Shown one piece after another: positions 59,116 to 64,000 of a DNA stretch of 64,000 nt; the first letter of the stretch is position 1, and each line of letters begins with the position of its first letter. Where the stretch lies: contig CAVVMW010000007.1 of NCBI GenBank assembly GCA_963749495.1, forward strand, positions 1 to 64,000, given 5' to 3'. The notes beneath the pieces are model-generated. The model searched no databases. It worked only from the letters and a program-made list of their open reading frames with translations, and was not told the DNA's origin. The position numbers were made by a program, and so were the translations under genes. Source of the DNA: an uncultured bacterium. GTDB lineage: Bacteria; Verrucomicrobiota; Verrucomicrobiia; Limisphaerales; UBA8199.

Positions 59116-60639
59116 GTGGAAATGAACACGCGTGGGCTGATGTTGCTCGAACAATACACCCGGCAAGGGGCCGAAGAGGCCTTTGCCGCCCTGGTGCGCG
59201 AGTATTTGGACCTGGTCTATTCGGCAGCCCTGCGCGCGGTCCGTTCACCCCAACTCGCCGAAGAGGTGGCCCAATCGGTCTTCACGGATCTGGCCCGCCA
59301 AGCTCATAAGATGAAGCCGAATACCCTCCTGAGCGCCTGGTTATACCGCGTCACTCGCCGCACGGCCATTGACGTTGTGCGCCGGGAATCCCGGCGCCAA
59401 CGCCGCGAGCAGGTTGCGGTCGAACTGGCCGGGCAAAACTCGAGTAGCCCTTTTGAGTGGACTCACGCCGAACCGCTCCTCGATGAAGCCATGGATGCGC
59501 TGCCGGAGACCGACCGCAACGCCGTTCTGCTGCGATTCTTCGAAGGCAAGGACCTCAAAGCCGTCGGGGGCGTGCTGGGCGTCTCCGAGGAGGCGGCCCG
59601 CAAACGGGTTGCCCGGGCTGTGGAACGGCTCCGCCAATTCTTCTCAAAACGCGGTGTCGGGATCAGCAGCGCCGGGGTGGTGGCCCTGCTCTCCGCCAAG
59701 GCGGTGGAGGCCGCGCCCGCGGGCCTGGCCGCCGCCATCGCGGCCGCCCTCTCCACCTCCGGCGCTGTCCTGCGCGGCGCCGCCACTCTCCAACTAACCA
59801 AAGCTATCACTATGACTACCATACAAAAACTGGCGCTCACTGCCGCCGTCGCGGCCGCTCTGGGCACGGGAGTCTATGAAGCACACCGGCTCTCCCAAAT
59901 GCGGCAACAAATTCAGGCGCTTCAACAACAACAGGAGCCGCTGACCACGCAAATCAACGCTCTGAACCAGGAACGCGATCGCCTCGCCGCCGGCCTCCAG
60001 GACGCCCAAGCTCAGCACCGCGCGGACGCCGCCGACCTGCCCAAGCTGCGCGCCGATGTTGCCCGCTTGCGCAACCAGGCGCGAGACCTGGCGCAGCCGA
60101 AACCCGCGCCAGCCGGGCTGGTTTCAGAAACGCTCGCCGCCAAAGTCGCGTTGCTCCGGCAAAAACTGGAGCAGATGCCCGGCCAGAAGATACCCGATCT
60201 CCAATTCGCGGACGAAACAGATTGGCTCAAAGCGGCTCAGCGCGTCGAGACTGACTCCGACGACGACGTGCGCAAAGGGCTGAGCCTGCTCCGCACCCTG
60301 GCGGAGATAAAGGCGGTCCCATACTTACAGGGCGCCCTGCAAGGCTACATCGCTGCCAACAACGGAACCCCGCCCACCTCCGTGGACCAACTGAAACCCT
60401 TCCTGCAGCCGCCGTTGGACGAGGCCATCCTCGATCGTTTCCAAACCATCCCTGGACCTGGCGGGCCCGGCGACATTGGACTGAGACAGAAAGCGGATGC
60501 AACCATCGATACGACTTATGACACGAGGTTTACGATCTTCCTCAAAGGCTACGGCTACCGCGCAGGAGACGGTATGATCCTTCCGGACGACGTTCTGAAC
60601 GGCAGGGGCGGGATGATATTTAAGAGCAGCAGTCATTGA
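59116..60639 (+). CDS. ECF RNA polymerase sigma factor with long C-terminal extension
   Basis: AF..LV..Y..LVYSAA.R, AEEVAQSVF, LSAWLY, LLRFFE......VG..LGVSEEAARKRV.RA. Confidence 0.9.
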   Translation: MEMNTRGLMLLEQYTRQGAEEAFAALVREYLDLVYSAALRAVRSPQLAEEVAQSVFTDLARQAHKMKPNTLLSAWLYRVTRRTAIDVVRRESRRQRREQVAVELAGQNSSSPFEWTHAEPLLDEAMDALPETDRNAVLLRFFEGKDLKAVGGVLGVSEEAARKRVARAVERLRQFFSKRGVGISSAGVVALLSAKAVEAAPAGLAAAIAAALSTSGAVLRGAATLQLTKAITMTTIQKLALTAAVAAALGTGVYEAHRLSQMRQQIQALQQQQEPLTTQINALNQERDRLAAGLQDAQAQHRADAADLPKLRADVARLRNQARDLAQPKPAPAGLVSETLAAKVALLRQKLEQMPGQKIPDLQFADETDWLKAAQRVETDSDDDVRKGLSLLRTLAEIKAVPYLQGALQGYIAANNGTPPTSVDQLKPFLQPPLDEAILDRFQTIPGPGGPGDIGLRQKADATIDTTYDTRFTIFLKGYGYRAGDGMILPDDVLNGRGGMIFKSSSH

Positions 60640-60870
60640 ATGTAGCGGTCGGCCGCGCGGGGAGCGTCGAGTGGCCGACCCAGCTCCTCCGGTCCGTCTC
60701 CTGGCGGCGGAAACGCTTGGTGCCTTTGGGCTCGCACCCGGCTAATGCATTTCTGCCCCAATGAATCGCACCCATATGAAAAACCAAGCCCCAGCCGCGC
60801 GGTTAAAGGCGGGCTGTGAGGGGAGCGTAGAGTGCGGCGCGAGGGAGGCTGACGCGCGCACGGCTGCACC

Positions 60871-62947
60871 CTATCTTGTAACCCGCAATGCTTTGGCTTT
60901 TTCGCGGCAAGGGCCGATCGTGTAGCCGAAGCGCCGGACCAATTCCTGGAAGCCGTCGTTATCCCGGTCCTCCGCCAGCCACAGGCGTTTGAATTCCGTT
61001 TGGAGCGATTCGTACTCGTTCGCCACGGCCTCAAGCTCATCCGCCACCTGCGGGCGCGGCGCCGCCGGGTCGTTGTAGCGCCCAAGCGCCGCCAATTTGC
61101 GGCCCAAGGCCGCATAACAGCGCACGCCGAAGATCCACTGCTCCAGGTTGTCGCGATTCCTTTTGGCGTGCAGCGCCTCAGCGGAGAGGGCCGCCAGAGC
61201 AGGCGCAGCCGTATCGAGCACCATTTGCCCCACCGCCCCGGGATTCGCGATGCGCGTCAGGTCCGGATGGGTGAACGGATCATGCGCAAATTCCCATATA
61301 AAACTCGTCGCGATTTCCGATTCCTTCCCTTCCTTGTCGCGCACCCTGATGCGCTTTGCACTCACGTCGCTCGCGGCTTCGATGGAACGGAGCGCCGTGT
61401 CGTTTTGCAGCCCATAGATGACGCGGGCAACCGCCTTGCGGAAATAGTCACGGTCGAACTGCGCACCCGTCCATGCGCACGCCCCGTGGTATAAGAACGG
61501 CAGCCATTCCTCCCCGACAAAATGAAAATGGCCGGCATCGCCCCAGTCGGTCGTGATGCTCCCAATGGCCCCATGCCGAAGCCCGCGCGACACTTCCAGG
61601 TCCGAGAATTCCGCGGCCGGCTTAACCCACGGCGTCAGCCAGACGTGGCTGTAGATCCAGGCCTGGGCGAAGAAATCCAGCCGCTTCTCCTGCAGTCGCG
61701 GGTAGTCTTTTTCCCACGCCGGCTGGTAAGGACCGCCCGCGCAGTAGTAACTGCCGATGATGATGTCCTTCGGGAGCGCATCGAGCTTCGGTCCCATCCC
61801 GGCCAGGTGCCCCTGGGAATCGAGCGGTCCCTGCGCGATCATCAGGCGCCTGCCATGCCGCTTGACGGCGGCATTCAACTGCAGCACGTAGCCGAACACG
61901 AGGTCCGTCGCCTGGCTGATGGAGACGCCGTTGGTTTGTAATCCATCGATATCGATTTCGGTAATATCCACGTTGAACAATTCGCCAGGAAACGTCTCGC
62001 ACAGCTCGTCGATCATGGTCGTGACCATCTGGACGGCCTCGGGTTTGCGCACGTCAAACGTCATGATCCAGGGCGCCTTTTCGCAGGGCCCTACCCGCAA
62101 ATGCCGGTATTGGGGTTTGTTCAGGATATGGTATGAATGCCCGAGCGTCTGCAAGAGCGGATGCACTTCTACGCCGTTTCGAGCCGCGCACATCGCCAGG
62201 TCTCTGGCTTCGGCAGGGGCCAAGCCCTCGGGCGGTGAGATGTCCGGGAAGGCCTTGTACTTGTACTCATGCTCGATGTAGAGCTCGAGTTCGTTCATTT
62301 TCGCCTGGGCCAGCACTGAGGCCAGGCGCTTGAGCGTGGCTGGTGCGGGCACCTGACCGCGCGAGATGTCCTGCTGGGCGCCTCGGTATTTGAGGGAGGG
62401 CCAGTCGCAAATCGTCATGCCCGGCAGCACCGTGCGGTCGGCGGCGATTTGCCCGAGCGTGGTGATGGCATGGCGCATCCCCGGGATGGCTCGCGCGGCA
62501 AGAACTGCGTGTTTCGCATCGATCACGAGCGCGTAGCCCTGGTCTCCGATTTGTTCGAACAGCTCGGCACCCAAGCCGGTCGCCTCGGCAAACTGCCGGG
62601 ACGTGGCGAGCAGCTCCAGCTTGAGCGTCCGCCCCGAAGTATGGCTCTTGAGAACCGGGAGCTGTACCTCCGGAGGCGGCGGCAATGAACGCGGAGGCCT
62701 GTTCGCCCAAGTCCGCTCCGTCGTGGCCCGGTCCCTCCATCACGATCCCTTTGCACCTGTTGAGTTGAAAAGAAACGCCGGGCAACGGTCGGACCGCTTT
62801 GGGCTGGGCAATAATCCACGCGTCGAGCGACGCCAGGCATCGGGCCACGGTTTGAGGATTGGTTTCGATTTCCTTTGACGCGATTCCAGCAGTCAAGCTG
62901 AACGCCGCGCAATGGCAGAGAACGATGGAAAGCCGCAGGTGTTGCAC
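60871..62947 (-). pseudogene. GH20 (hexosaminidase-like) glycoside hydrolase, frameshift near 62690
   Basis: ICDWPSLKYRG...DISRGQVP, KMN.L.LYIEH, QTLGH, TTDWGDAGH; signal peptide in another frame. Confidence 0.75.
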
Positions 62948-62970
62948 AAGCTGCTAAGATAAGCGGCTGG

Positions 62971-64000
62971 TCACTCAAAAACCACTAAATAATTGCCATA
63001 GACCACCGTCGTGGGGTTCGCCGCGCGGATGGCTTGGCGAATCTTGTTGGCGAGTTCCGCGAAGTAGGCCTCGTGCCATTGCAAGTATTGCAGCGAAAGA
63101 GGATCGCGCGGGTTAAGGTCGCGTTGGCGAGGAATGTCATGGCCCTTTGAAAACTCTTTGAAGGCCTGGCGCGTCGCCTCATCATAGGTGTGCAGGGCGA
63201 CGGGCGAATAGCCGTCGAACCAGAACCCATCGGCCTTATATTCCCGCGCCAAATAGGCAAGTTGCTCGCAGAGCCAGTTCACCACTTCAGGATTGCGGAA
63301 GTTGACATAGTCCTTCGCGCGGGAACCGTCCTCGTTCACTCGGAGCCAGTCCGGGTGCTTGGCGCGGAACGTCTCGCTGTGCAGCGCGGATTGGACCGGC
63401 CCGAGATAAAACACCGCCTTCCCGCCGGCGTCATGTGCGATTTTGACAAACCGTCGCAGGTAGGCCTCGGCCTCGCTCACGATCTGTGCCGGGTAATCAT
63501 TCGAGCGCGGCCCGACCCGGTCCCACTGGGCGAGGGTATTCACCGCCACGACCTGGTAGCCGGCCCTGAAATACTCCTGAATTTGGCGCCAATCCGCCGG
63601 CGGCAGGTGCGCGATGCGCAAATCCGTTTGCACCCAGTCCACCGGCGAACACGCTGCCGGGCCTGTCGGCAAGGAGCGCGGCGGCAGCCCGTCGGTGCTG
63701 GGATTGGGGACGCCCGGGTCCTCATTGAAACGGGGACGTTCGCCCCCGGAGCCGGGATGCGCCAGCTCCTTGCTCAGCCAATCATAGGCAAAATTCTTGA
63801 AGCCAAGCCGCTGCAACATTTCTGCCCGCTGCTCGGGTCCGCGCTGCTTGGCGTCAAAGGGTGCCCCGCACCAGGCCGTGAGGTTCTGGCGATCGAAGAT
63901 CCCCGGCAGATCGGCGGAGTTGGTCGGCGCGCTGAGCGGCGCGACTTGCGCATCGAGAGGCACGAGGGCAAGGCAGGCCGCGAAAAAGAGGATGTTTGGT
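62971..64000 (-). CDS. Secreted glycoside-hydrolase-like TIM-barrel protein (mosaic N-terminus, likely C-terminally truncated; start near or beyond the window end)
   Basis: HPDW.......G....YVNF.NP, Y.ADGFWFDG motifs. Confidence 0.55.
   Translation of the reverse strand, partial: PNILFFAACLALVPLDAQVAPLSAPTNSADLPGIFDRQNLTAWCGAPFDAKQRGPEQRAEMLQRLGFKNFAYDWLSKELAHPGSGGERPRFNEDPGVPNPSTDGLPPRSLPTGPAACSPVDWVQTDLRIAHLPPADWRQIQEYFRAGYQVVAVNTLAQWDRVGPRSNDYPAQIVSEAEAYLRRFVKIAHDAGGKAVFYLGPVQSALHSETFRAKHPDWLRVNEDGSRAKDYVNFRNPEVVNWLCEQLAYLAREYKADGFWFDGYSPVALHTYDEATRQAFKEFSKGHDIPRQRDLNPRDPLSLQYLQWHEAYFAELANKIRQAIRAANPTTVVYGNYLVVFE

Noticed and set aside
460..62947. Programmed frameshifting in the split genes (near 485, 1715, 13775, 58055, 62690)
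   Set aside because: No shared slippery motif seen; scattered single indels fit sequencing error or decay better.

Overview
GC-rich bacterial DNA, probably Verrucomicrobiota/PVC (inferred from the long-tailed ECF sigma factor, sulfatase/GH genes and repeat types). Both flanks (about 1-5 kb and 51-64 kb) hold secreted carbohydrate-active or mosaic genes, many frameshifted or internally deleted. The centre (about 9-51 kb) is a phage/ICE-like accessory region. It has co-directional + strand genes (two adenine MTases, NAD-dependent DNA ligase, PAPS-reductase-like, ParB-like, AAA+, J-domain, many hypotheticals), two IS elements (IS66+DUF4338; IS1380 with a passenger gene) and a 5.3-kb array of about 50 tRNA/tRNA-like genes with anticodons for all 20 amino acids, followed by HNH, RNA ligase and HD-kinase genes. 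Two observations stand out. (1) The array lies behind a sigma70 promoter and a candidate attenuator whose 48-codon leader ORF uses all 20 amino acids and 38 different codons, and whose last codons can pair with the terminator, i.e. a possible sensor of the whole tRNA pool. (2) Almost all array tRNAs replace the universal G18-Psi55 elbow with A18/G55 while the 19:56 pair covaries (G:C, T:A, C:G), and about a dozen carry C33. Together these suggest an inducible, structurally rewired backup tRNA set with its own RNA repair enzymes. All calls were made by eye, without database searches.
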